The translations under genes and the position numbers were made by a program. A stretch of 64,000 nucleotides of DNA, taken from NCBI GenBank assembly GCA_052426225.1, contig JBNJNM010000023.1, positions 744,001-808,000 of the forward strand, in the 5' to 3' direction. The notes beneath the pieces were generated by a model that was not told the DNA's origin, did no database searches, and saw nothing but the letters and a program-made list of their open reading frames with translations. Positions 36,527-48,897 of the stretch are shown here, piece after piece (position 1 is the first letter of the stretch; each line of letters begins with the position of its first letter). Source of the stretch: Zancudomyces culisetae HAW-14-8. Its lineage: Eukaryota; Fungi; Kickxellomycota.

Positions 36527-37290
36527 TGTCGCATTATTAACAATTTGTACAATAGCACGTGGATGTGCCTGAAAATGGTACACTCAGTGCGAAAATGCAA
36601 ATTCATTTTTGTTTACTTTTTTTAAATAAATTCAAATAATTTCGAGCTCAGTATGCAATCAATTTTTCATACTGAGCTAGTTCAATAATGATGAATGTAA
36701 AATGTAAAATGATCCCATGCATTTTACATTTATCATTAATAACAAACAAATTATTAATAATATTATAACAATAGTCATATTTTAGTATTTAGTTTTATAT
36801 AGTGGTTTAACATTCGAATAGTATATTAAAGGAGACGTATGGATGACACATGAAAACCTCATCCATGTCTCGATACGGAATAAAGAAAATATAATTAAAT
36901 AAAATCAAATATAAACCAAAAGATAAATTAGCAATAATGTTTTTAAACAGTTGGATTGGAACCGAATGTGACTCCAGGAGGGAGTCACACACTTTTACCA
37001 GCATGAGCAGGGGCAGCAGCATGGATCAGGATGCAGGGGTATTAAGTCCCCGCACCCTTGGTGAGTTGACAGAAAGTGTCCGTCAACTCCAGATCCGTAG
37101 GAGCCCGGAAGAAATGTCGGTGAGTACAATTTCACCGACACTGTACAGGGGTATTAGCTCACCCGAGCACCCCTCGATGCACATTGCATTACGCAATAGA
37201 AGTGCATCAACCATCAGTGATCGTACCAGAACCGGTATAACACGTGATGGTAGCGCTAATGGAAGTAGTGATACTTCACATTATGCGACA
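36527..37290 (+). mobile_element. Family E unit, complete (764 bp)
   Basis: TGTCGCAT...ATGCGACA, TSD CAAC, abutting tRNA-Ile; ORF from 36937. Confidence 0.9.
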
Positions 37291-37294
37291 CAAC

Positions 37295-37368
37295 GCTCTG
37301 TTAGCTCAGCTGGTTAGAGCGTGGTGCTAATAACGCCAAGGTCACAGGTTCGATCCCTGTACAGAGCA
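37295..37368 (+). tRNA. tRNA-Ile(AAT)
   Basis: Acceptor GCTCTGT/ACAGAGC; anticodon loop CTAATAA; GGTTCGATCCC; T-runs downstream. Confidence 0.96.
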
Positions 37369-37430
37369 TTTAATTTTATATTTATTGTGATACATTATAT
37401 TTTTATAATTTTTTTGCAAAAGTCATATCG

Positions 37431-37873
37431 TGTAGTATAACGGCTACATACTTTTTGCTAGCGAATCAATTGCGATTCCTTAGCATAATATAACTACCAA
37501 TTAACTTGTAGTTAATTTATATCTAAATATTTATAACAGTAAAGTTGAATATCTGAACGATCAGGGAATAAAAGCGAAGCGGACAAGGAAAATAAACATC
37601 TTTAGCCATTCTTAGCGGAATATACTTTACATATACGTTTTTAATTACTTACTAATAGGAAATGGCACTTGATATTGAGATAGTTTACTTAGTGTTTTAT
37701 TATTATTACAACAATAATAAAAGTTATTAAAAACATTCATATTACGGCAAACAGAACTAGTTAAGTGATCCGAGGCCTGAGTATAACTGACAGAATCAGT
37801 GCTATACCAAACTCAGCCATCACATTAGCTGAAAAATATATCAGATAACTTATAACATCTACAATATATTACA
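37431..37873 (+). repeat. Family H unit
   Basis: TGTAGTATA...TATATTACA with TSD ATCG. Confidence 0.88.
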
Positions 37874-37945
37874 ATCGAAAACTACATAGTAATTATTTGC
37901 CCAATATAATTTTTCAGTTCTAATGAACTACTACTATAATTTAAT

Positions 37946-38379
37946 TGTAGTATAACGGCTACATTTTTTTGCTATCGAATCAATTGCGATCTCTAAGCAG
38001 AAGATAATTACCAATGAGAACAAGCAGAATAAATAGTAAAAATGATCAAAGATTTAAAGTGAATAACAAAGCGAATATAACGAAAGCGGACAACGAAAAC
38101 AGCATCTTTAGCCTTTCTTAACATATAATACTTTACATATTCGCATTTATATACATACTAATAGCAAATAGCACTTGATTCTGATATAGTTTACTTATTG
38201 TTTTATTGGTATTTTATCAATAATAAAAGATATTAAAAACATTCATATTACGGCAATCAGAACCAGTGAAGTGATCCGCGACCTGAGTATAACTGACATA
38301 ATCAGTGCTTACCGAACTCAGCCATCACAATAGCTGAAAAAATATATCAGATAACTTATAATATCTACAATATATTACA
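37946..38379 (+). repeat. Family H unit
   Basis: Homologous to 37431-37873; TSD not evident. Confidence 0.82.
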
Positions 38380-38429
38380 ATTACAGCTTTAATATATATT
38401 TTTTGACATAATTTTTGATATAATACATA

Positions 38430-39674
38430 ACATAAATATTGTAGATGGTTTATTTACCAAATCTATTTTTCAGCTTATAAATGGCTGATTCTATTATATT
38501 ACTGATTATTTCAGTTATACACAGGTCTCGAATCCTCAATTGTTGATTACCGTATTAGAATGTATAATATAATATATTTCTTTTTAATTATAAAAAAGCT
38601 TTTGTAAACTATAAAGAATTGTATACCAACTGTAATTTATAGATATAATATAACGTAAAAGTAAAGTATATTCTGTTAAGAAAGGCCCCAGATGTCTTTT
38701 TTCATTGTACACGCTCGTTATATTCACTGATCGTTCTAACATTCGAACTAGGTTAATATAGTTATAAGATTATTGATCTCGCTATGCATTCATTGGTGGT
38801 GTCTGACGTGGCTGGACTGGCCACGCTCCTTAGTCGGGTTTCGCATGGAATCCATCTCTCTTTGAACCACTCCTTCAAGAAAAGAGAATGGATCACGTGA
38901 CGTTTCCGGTTCTATTTCCATAGAAGTAGCTTCGGAACGATCACTATCCGAGGAGTACCGCCCCTCATCCTTGAATCTCTGGATGATGGCAGCGCGCAGA
39001 TGACCCATAAGACCTGACATGAGATTTTAGTAATTTTAAACTTTTATCTTTTACTATTTTAAACTTTTAGCCGTAGCACTATTATATGATTATATTAATT
39101 TTGAATAAACTTGTATTAAACAGAATCCTTCTTGTACAATGTCTATATTTCTTACTGTTATGAATATGTTTTAAACTACTAAAAGAGCTAAAGAGACTCC
39201 TAATGAGATCTCTTTGGCTTTTATATATGTAAATTGCTAATTTTAAAACTATTACTAATCTTATCCTATTAATATTTAATATATCCGCTATCTCTTCATA
39301 TTATGCTTTGTGGTCGTCCTCATAGTTTGACTCATTTTCCATAGTCGATTAAATACTCTTTAATTTAATTAAATATACTAATAATAATAAATTCTTTTTA
39401 TGTCTTTATTTCATTTTGTAATTTTTCTCTTGGATTTTTGATCTGACTATTTGCTTCATTTTATGATCAGAAATAATCTTCATATTTTTGATTGTTAATG
39501 GTTAAATAAAATTCATTTCATTTTTAGATAATTGAATAATTTCCTTTGAATATTTATATATTCCCAAGAAATCAGATTAAGTTGGAATTCAACCCAGAAC
39601 ACACGACAGTGGGTATCTTCGCTAAAAAATAGCAATTGATTCGCTAGCAAAAAGTATGTAAGCGTTATACTACA
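38430..39674 (-). repeat. Family H unit (inverted), interrupted by family G
   Basis: Reverse-complement H motifs on both sides of 38800-39608; ends CGTTATACTACA; left boundary approximate. Confidence 0.75.
38800..39608 (-). mobile_element. Family G ORF-bearing unit (809 bp)
   Basis: TSD GTGG; near-identical to 61685-62493; ORF from 39020 runs off the element end. Confidence 0.9.
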
Positions 39675-39699
39675 GTATATCACGCTGTTATATTTTACT

Positions 39700-40797
39700 C
39701 GTTCTCGTATGACTTCACTAGTACCATTGCCCTAATGAATACACAAACTAATTTTTTTATTTTAAAATTTTTAAATTATTAAATTAAACGTTCGTAAGTG
39801 TATTTCGTAAAGCAAAGGCTAAAGATGTTACTTTTTTTAGTCATTTCTCCTTATATCTTCAGATATTTAAGATTATCAAAAAAATTTGTTTTATCTAATA
39901 TTGAACTCGAATTTTATCGCATAGGTCGTTAATTCTGCTAATAACTGCAATTGGTACGCTAGTATGTGGTTTTAGCACTATAATTGAAATAATTATTCAA
40001 ATTTGTTCCTAAAATTATTACATTAATTATAGTTTTTGAATATATTAAATTTAAGTTTGAATAATAAAAAATTAGTCATTATATTGGGAGCCAACTGCGT
40101 AAAGACAGAAATTAGTCATTCTTTACCTAGTATAATTTAATTTGTATTTTAACCTACTAGTGCTATGAATATTTCTTATAACTTGATAGTTACTTAATTT
40201 ATACTATACTTATCAAATGATAAAATTATTTACTTTCCATAATAGACAATCAGAACTAGTCAAGTGATTTTGGCAGAATTTTGACTGACATTATCAGTTT
40301 CATACAAGACTCGTTCAACTCTTTATCGGATCATTATTTATTTATATAACATTTACTAAAATTACAATATAATATTATTCAATTTACTTATATTAATCTT
40401 ATTGATAATATTTTCAGCAAAAGTTTGGTAACTTTCTTTATCTTCAATTTGTCAGTTATCCTAGGTATTGTGTCGCTATATTGCACTATTTAACCTTTTT
40501 AAAGTGGAAACTATTCTTGGTATTGATAAAATAATCGCCAACATAAAGTCAAAATACTAATTTCTAGTAAGAAAATCTTTATGAATAGTTTAACACATAA
40601 ATGTAAACTATATTTGGTTTAGAAAGGCTAGTTGTTTCTCTTTGCTGTCCGCTCTTCTTTATTTCCTCTGGTCCTTGTGTTATTCGTATTCTAGCATAGA
40701 TTTTTTATTGTTGATTTTGCAACTTGTATAGAAAGTTTTACTCTGGTATGAATAGCAATTTGTTCTCAAGCAAAAAGGATGTAGCCGTTATACTATA
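39700..40797. repeat. Degenerate family H fragments in both orientations
   Basis: AAAGGCTAAAGATG, CAGAACTAGTCAAGTGAT...ACTGACATTATCAGT and GTAGCCGTTATACTA motifs. Confidence 0.55.
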
Positions 40798-41658
40798 ATA
40801 CTCATTTTCTAGTCAACCAATTCAAAATCATTCAGATAGCTTTAATTAGACTTTTGTGTATCCATATGAAATGCTTATATTGGAAGATTAATAAGTATAT
40901 ATTCATTATATTTTACTTACTGATAGAAATGAGGTAAAACTTTAGGCACATTTTTATACATATACATTTCGATTACTTTGATATTTTCTGCTTATAGTGT
41001 TTCTTGAATTATAATCTATTAATAATTGAGTATTAATAATCAATAGCATTAATTATATTTATAGAAATAAGATCTATTAGATTTATACTTGATAGATAAT
41101 ACTATGGATCTGTGCTAACTTAGATATGTGAAATTTTAAGAAATGATATTTCTGTTTTGTTTAACTTCAATATATATTAAATAGTTATTTTTTGTTTAAT
41201 TGCAGAGAAAAATTACTTTTTCTTTTTTGTTACTATTTCGTTAGTTTTTTAATTCATAAATCTATATTAGTAATTTTATTTCATATTTATAATTCATTAG
41301 TTTCACTAATCCAGATACAATATGTGTGTACCAATCTTTATTATAAATCGAAAATTCTTTCCTAGATACTATTTTTATCGATTAATCCATTACCTTAAAA
41401 TTTGGTAAAAAATTAAATTAATAAAAAGAGTGTTTAAATTTAGAAACTTTATACGTAATGATGTGTGAAATAACAGACATCACTGTATAATATTTATAAA
41501 ATAAGTAAAACTAACTAAATAAAATAACTTTAAACCATATATATACTGATATCCCCTGTTTCCCGATGAATCTTTACCATCTTTTCTTTCACTAGGTACT
41601 CAACCAGCTTATAAAAAATACATAGAATTTATAAAAGTCATTAGATAAATTTTCAATA

Positions 41659-42540
41659 ATGAGTCAAAATGCAAACGTTACAGTTGAAGTTTTGCAACAG
41701 ATTTTGGAGAGATTATCAGCTCATGAAAAACAAACCGCACCAAATGATCACATGTCAGTATCAGAAATCAGTGTTTCAGCAAACATCACTGTTCCATCAA
41801 TTGTTGATGCAGTCGACGATGATTCAGTTGAAAATTTCGTGGTTGCCAGACCAACACCATCAGACCTGGTCATGTATCCAAAACTGCAAAAGGCGCTACC
41901 AACAGTTGAACAGGATTTCTTTTGGACACCACTGGCAGATGTCAAACGCAAGAAGTTTTACGCAGCCATTCCAAGAAACTCTAGCATGGATTATGAACCG
42001 CCAGAGGAAAACATCAAGTTATCAGGTGACAATAAACGTACTGATGCGATGTTATATGACATCCAGTACCGTTTATCAGCCGTTACAAGACCTTTGGATT
42101 ACTTCATGCACAAAGAAATCCGTGACGGAGGAGCAGTCAGTGCCGAAAAACTTTCAGTTTTTATCAACTCAATCAGAGTTTTACTTGCGGATGTTGCATC
42201 CAATATCACGCAGCAAAGAATCAAACTGTCCTACAAAGCCTCAGGAGTACCATCAGATCCTCCAGAAATGGTTTCATCATCAAAGAAGCCTCTCGTGGAC
42301 ATACAGCAGATGCTCGAAGTTAAAGCAGCTGCAAATACATTGCAGCGTGCAACAAAAAATGTGCAGCAGAGAAGACCAAGATTCAACGCAACCAGGACCT
42401 TCCCAAGCATCCCGTTTCAGCCATCAGTTAACCAGAATGTTCAAGCAGAGCCGCAACAGATCCAGCAACAACGACAACACAAATCCGCTGCTACTGGCGG
42501 TAATTTTCGGTTTGCAAACAGCAGCAAACACCGAAAGTAG
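41659..42540 (+). CDS. DIRS ORF1 (gag-like)
   Basis: First ORF inside the element, directly upstream of RT; LYDIQYRLSAVTRPLD resembles DIRS ORF1. Confidence 0.7.
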   Translation: MSQNANVTVEVLQQILERLSAHEKQTAPNDHMSVSEISVSANITVPSIVDAVDDDSVENFVVARPTPSDLVMYPKLQKALPTVEQDFFWTPLADVKRKKFYAAIPRNSSMDYEPPEENIKLSGDNKRTDAMLYDIQYRLSAVTRPLDYFMHKEIRDGGAVSAEKLSVFINSIRVLLADVASNITQQRIKLSYKASGVPSDPPEMVSSSKKPLVDIQQMLEVKAAANTLQRATKNVQQRRPRFNATRTFPSIPFQPSVNQNVQAEPQQIQQQRQHKSAATGGNFRFANSSKHRK

Positions 42541-42554
42541 GAGGGAGACTGAGG

Positions 42555-44390
42555 ATGTTCCAGAAGGCTTGGATGCGCCTCACATATCACAAATGGATAC
42601 TCCAAGTGACTTCAGAAGGGTTCAGAATCCCCTTCAAAACGCATCCACCGACGATCAAGCAGAAAAAACCGTTCGGTTACAACTTGAAAAAGCTTCCAGA
42701 AAAAGTGGTCGAACAGGAGATAGCAAACCTCCTGTCAAAGAAAGCAATAGAGGAAGCTTCATCCGCGCAGCCAGGGTTCTACTCAAATCCGTTTACAATC
42801 CCAAAGAAGAACGGAGGCACGCGGATGGTACTGAATTTAAGACCGTTAAATCAGTACATCCCACAGCAACACTTCAAGATGGAGTCGCTCACAACTATTT
42901 CCAGAATGATCCGCAAAGGGGATTATATGACCAGCATAGACCTCAGCGATGCATTTCTACACGTATTGATCAACAAAACGTCCAGAAAGTATCTCAGGTT
43001 TACATGGGGCGGTCGCACCTACCAGTACAGGGTGCTCCCATTTAATCTATCTTTAAGCCCACTAGTATTCACAAAAATACTAAAACCAGTACTGAAATGG
43101 GCCAGAGCTCGCGGGATAGGAATGTCGAGCTACTTATACGATTTATTAATCTTAGGATCAACAAAAACAGAGTGTCTAAAGTTCACAAACATGGTATCCA
43201 AAAAACTGGTGAAACTGGGATTCCTGATCAACCAGGAAAAGTCATCAATACATCCCAAACAATGTATTACGCATCTTGGGATGGACATCAACAGCCGTCA
43301 GATGAGTTTCAAGATACCCAAACAGAAACTCAAAGATTTAGCGAGAGAGGCATCCAGGTTGATACACAAAGGGTGTACAACACTGAAGGATCTGGCATCA
43401 TTCATTGGCAAAACGCAGGCAGTGAATATAGCACTCAGACCGGGACGACTGATGAGCAGGAGGTTGTTAGAGCTCAAAAACAACACTCTGAAACGCACCA
43501 CGGATTGGAGTTCACAAGTAACACTGAATCAGCCCGCACTGGACAATCTGACGTGGTGGAGGGACCATCTGAAGCAATGGAATGGTCTATGCTTCCTTCC
43601 GGAGATCCCAGAGATAGAAGTATATACGGATGCAAGCGACAATCACTGGGGGATAGTGATAGACAGCAATCAGTATACGGGGACATGGACACGACAACAG
43701 ATGAAGCTCCCTATCAATGCGAAGGAATTATTAGCAATCCAGTATGCAGTGAAGCTGCCACAGGTTCAGGGAAAGAGTGTTGTTGTATATTGCGACAACA
43801 ACACATCAATCAGATACATCAAGAAGCATGGGGGAGCCAAATCAGTGAATCTGATGGACATTTCGGAAGCAATTTGGAGACACTGCATCAGCAATGGCAC
43901 TCGGGTTCAGATTCAGTATATGCCATCAATACTGAATCCAGCGGATGCACCATCACGTTTAACAGCTCAAACAGAGTGGTCACTATCAGACAAGATGTTT
44001 CAGAAGATACAGAAACAGTTCGGTCCACACGATGTGGACATGTTTGCCAACAACAACAACCACAAACTACCAACATTTGTGAGTTGGAAATGGACACCAG
44101 GAGCAGCAAAAACGAATGCATTCAATCATCATTGGAGCATTTGGACGAATCCATACCTTTGTCCACCATGGAATCTGATACAGAAAACACTACAGAAGAT
44201 CAGACAGGACAAAGTATCAGCGACATTGATAACACCGTTTTGGAGGTCAGCACCATGGTATCCAGACCTCAAGAGCATGTTAATAGCTCCACCGATCAAG
44301 ATATTAGCTCCACAGATAATCCCGGATCCAAAAAGCGGAAAGCAAGTGACACTGATAAACAAACATGGTCGCTTACGGCTTGGAAATTAA
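42555..44390 (+). pseudogene. DIRS RT / RNase H / methyltransferase-like ORF, probably inactive
   Basis: SIDLSDAFLH, LPFNLSLSP, YLYD in place of YLDD, YTDAS, DVDMFA...CPPW; frameshift near 44340. Confidence 0.88.
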
Positions 44391-45379
44391 GCGCGCACGC
44401 CTTGAAAAAACGGGTTTAAAAGATTCAGTTATCACGTTAATGACAACTGGTAAACGAAATATGGCAAAAATAAAACAATATTACAACATCAAGGTAAAGT
44501 TTATTAAGTGGTTAGAGTCTGCAAAACTGATATTAATAACGTTTCAGTTGTTGATGTTATCAATTTCCTTGATGAACATCGTATTAGTAACAATTTAAAA
44601 GTTGGTACTATAAAAAACTACAAGTCTGCTATCATCGATATTAATGCAGAATGGCGAACATTTAGCAGCGATATTTTGATGATTGATTATTTAAAACAGC
44701 TCGATTCAACTTCAGTTCGATCTTTTAACAACCCTAACTACGATATTAATCCGATTATCGAACATATTAAAAATTTTGGTTCAAATTTTAAAATGAGCAA
44801 GCAAAATTTAACAATTAAATTTTGTTGGTTGCTAGCAATTTGTGGATTTTTGAGACCTTCTGACATTGAACGAATCGATGATTCAAAGACGGAAATCAAT
44901 AAAGATTATGTTAAATTTGTTATTGTTGGACCAAAAGAAAAGCGAAGTGGAAATCCGATTGAAAAGGTCAGTATAATCCACGTACAAGCGACTATAAATT
45001 ATGTCCAGTAGTAACATACAGAGCATATAAAAAACGCATTGCAACTTTTCCGAGTGTTGCAAACCATCCGATCCTCGATGGAGTACAATTGCACTACCTT
45101 ATCCGCAACTTAAAGTATAACGACAAACACATTGGGGCACAACGAATCAGTAAACACATTAATTTATTGATGTCACTCTTGCAGTTGCCAGAAAGCGCAA
45201 AGTTACCAAAAGCTCGAGCATTAGGATCTATTAGAGCTACAAAGCTAGGTGCGACATACGACGATGTTATTGCACAAGGATTTTGGGCAAGTAAAGGTAT
45301 ATTTGATACTTATTATCAATTATCACGTAGAACTCGTGAAAATTTAACTCAATTTATCTTGAACTCTGAAGCTACATAA
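44365..45379 (+). pseudogene. Tyrosine recombinase, frameshifted
   Basis: Fragments with LLAICGFLRPSD, GPKEK, RALGSIRAT and QGFWAS..IFDTYY. Confidence 0.85.
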
Positions 45380-48300
45380 TTGTTTCTGGATAAGTGAAGC
45401 ATAATAATACGTTTAGTTGAATGAAATGAAAACTTATTATTATTATTACACCCTAGCCACGGTTAGTACCTAATGGTTATTTTCTCATCGGCTGAAGATA
45501 ATATTCTATTTAAAAGTATATTTTATATCATATCATTCAGTGAAATTAAAAATTTTAATTTTGTTTAAAAATTATTCCATTAGTAGAACTTAATATAACC
45601 AATTATTCAAATCTAGAATAGTATCCTGCTTGACTTGTATGGTTCGTTAGATAATTCTTTAGTTATTACTTAACGTTATTATCAATTACTATCAGGTAGT
45701 ATTTTAAACAAAAGAAATAACTATAATATTATTTTTTCTTGACTTTATAGGGAAACATATGTTAAAAACATTGTGCTAAACGAGTATAGATCAATAAGAC
45801 TTAGAATGCTAAACTTTTGAATCAGTGCGTAACTCCCTTATATTACAAGAAAACCTAACTCGTACTAAAAATGTATCAATATTTATTCTAAATTTGTGAT
45901 TTAATCATCTAATTCCATTGTAATATATTTAATAAATATTATTGTATCTTTAATCAGTTATAGCTTATTTTGAAATTATTCGATGACATAATATATTGTA
46001 GTAATTCTTAATATTAATACTATTGTTTCATATATATTTTTCTGTTTAGTAAAACACTATTTGATCAATATTGAATAATAATAATAGTTATTACAATTCA
46101 GTTTTTGATATAAGTTTAATGAAAACTAGGGCGATTGTTAAACCCAACATTACTTTCTATTGAATTTAGATTTTTACTCATACTATTTCCAGAATTATTT
46201 TTTATCACTAACTCCAGCTGAATGATTTCAAACTATTATCATCTAGTACTAAGTAACTTGGTTTTTAGTTTGAATAAGTTGACTATTTTTTTCAAAATGA
46301 TATAATATTGACCTTCTGAAAAGCTTGCTATTCAAAATTATACACTTGCTACATAATACTTCTTTGTTGAATTAATCAAATAACCAATCAAACAATAATT
46401 TAGTTTTATCTATAGTGTTGAAATAAATCGTGTAAATCTATATTTTCCTTACTACAATAGTTATATTTTGTAATAATATCCTATTAGTACTTAAACCAAG
46501 TATTATCTCCAGTCCTCTCACTAAATCCCAGTTTAGAAATTTTTTGTTTTCCAGGTTACCGTGCTTATCCTCACTTTTCTCCTATTACCATAGTAATCAT
46601 AATAAAAAAATTTCCTTGAATTAAATCGTAAGCTGCTAGTCAAGAGATATCTGTATTACTTTTTATCAGCTTTATTTTATCAGCTTTATTTTATCAGCGC
46701 AAAAGCGCTTCCGCAATTCCCATGGAGTTGTGAAAACACCTCTAACTTTGTTCCTCATTAACGAATTTGTGATTTTTACAAATTGTCAGCCATTTTTGAT
46801 TTATGGCTTGAATCTATACCCCTCTTCTTCCACCTATGGTTTTACAAATTACTACTAATTAATAAATTTTTTTTTCAAATTTCCAATGAATTACATTTTA
46901 CCCCTAAACTATCCCACACCATCTGAGTTTTGAGAAATTTGAACAAGTATAAATGTTTTTATGCCTGATTAAAATAGTTTTAGCTTCAGCTTCTAGTTCA
47001 TCTCAGCGTAAAAGCTTTAAGTCCTGTTTATTGTTTGTTTAATCTGATTTTTTTGTTTACATTTGTATTATAATAATAATTATATAAAGTTAACGGTCTC
47101 AGTTTATGTATAGAGTTGGTATTTTAATATACCTCTTGATTATTGTAACATACTAACTATGTATACTAAAATATTTTCTAAGATCAAAATTATCTCCACG
47201 CTAGCGTTAATCACTGAATAAATATTTTTTTACTATATGTGCCATCCATTACAGTAAGTTTGCGAAATGCTAGTTAATTGCACAAATTGCTGTATTATTA
47301 TTGCTTTGCTTTATTTGATTCCCTTACACAAATACAATTTCGAAAAATATATGTAATTTTGTTTTGTGCTTTTTTCAATTCCAAATTGGCACGTGAAAAA
47401 TATCAAGTTTGTTCAAGATAAATCAACACTTTTTTCCAAGCTGTGGGAATTTTACTATTATTCGCTTTAGCTGGGAAAAGATGGTTTATATATTCAAAAT
47501 TCTCGGTAGGTAAAAAAAACTTACCATAGCTTTCATCCACCTGATTGTTTTCCAGAGAATTTTTTTTTGATTCTATAACCAAATGGATGCACAAATTTGA
47601 GCTTTGCCCTCCAAAATTCGCAACTCTTTAACTTGGATATCTCGATATTTTTCTCCGAATTGTTAGGGTATCATATTAATTGATCTAGTTAATTTTTTAT
47701 AAATAGGTATTACCTAAAACTTAAAGTGCTGAATTGTTTAGCGTTAGTGATGGATTTATAAAAGAGTACTGTATGATGAAACAAGCATCTTAAAAATCTA
47801 TTATGAATAAGAATTAGAAACAAAACAGTATATTAAATTCTTTGTCTAGATTAAAACCAAAACTGCATACATTTTACAAAATTGTTTGAAGTTCATCTTG
47901 TTCAATCTTTTATTTAAATTACAGGGGTAGCAAATATTGCAGTTTAGCGGTATTTTCTGAAAGTTATACTAATTGGCTAATTCACATAATAACACATAAA
48001 TAACATCAGTAATAATCACACATAAAACAAGACCAAATAACCATAAACAAACTTCTGGGAGACAGGGGGAAGCGTTTTTTAGATGACGTATTATAATACC
48101 TATCTACCTAGTATGGATATTTACCAAAAGTTAAATAGAACACCTGGAAGAGTGCCAAAGGAAAGTATAAAAATTAAACGGATTAGGGGTATGTGAACAT
48201 ATTAACGCTGTTTTCCTGTTTTTTATTGTTTTCTAATCATTTCAATTGATTTTGTTGTCCGCATTTAACTTTTCTTTGTATTGTTTCACATTACAAATTT

Positions 48301-48897
48301 CTCATCATTGACTCTTTCATCAATCTTGATAATTGAAGGCATTATAATAGCGCTATGACTGAAAATTGGTTAAGTTTATCCCCAGGTTCCACCGAAAAAA
48401 CTTTTGTTAAATTTTATGAAACACGATAATATTTTAAATTAAACCATCAGTGCCTCTGCCATATCCCACGACTTGTGTATTTATTTATTTTTGTTTTTTT
48501 TTTTTACAGAACCGTGGAAAAAAAATTTTTTTGGTAACATAAAAATCATCTCAGTAACCCGACTTGCATACTAGTTGGTTTTGCAGATACTGCTTTATGC
48601 ATGACTAAAAGTGAAATAATAATAATAATAATAGCATAAAGTCGATTTCAGCTAATAGTAGTTTAAAAGTATAAAAGGGCAACGAGTTTACATTCGGCAA
48701 TCAATCAAACCTTTAACATTCTTTTATCAAAGAGAATAAAATTAATAAATATCAATACAAGGTAATTCAAAGTAATAAGTAAAATTTGCGCGAATTATCA
48801 TTTTCTTTGTCAAATTTAAAATTTAAAAGTATAATATATTGAGTGTTTGTTGTAAAATTAGTTAGAATCCGTACTCAGGAAAACAGTCACGACAAAA

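Larger units (their letters stand above)
41545..45505 (+). mobile_element. DIRS1-like tyrosine-recombinase retrotransposon, decayed
   Basis: gag, RT-RNaseH-methyltransferase-like and YR ORFs. Degenerate inverted ends (CCGATGA..ACCAT..TAGGTACT vs AGTACCTA..ATGGT..TCATCGG). Boundaries approximate. Confidence 0.9.

Noticed and set aside
44020-44280. DNA adenine methyltransferase-like motifs as a novel or bacterial restriction-modification gene
   Set aside because: This domain is a known C-terminal part of the DIRS1-type RT ORF.
46660-46698. Triple TTTTATCAGC tandem repeat
   Set aside because: A short local slippage repeat with no associated structure.
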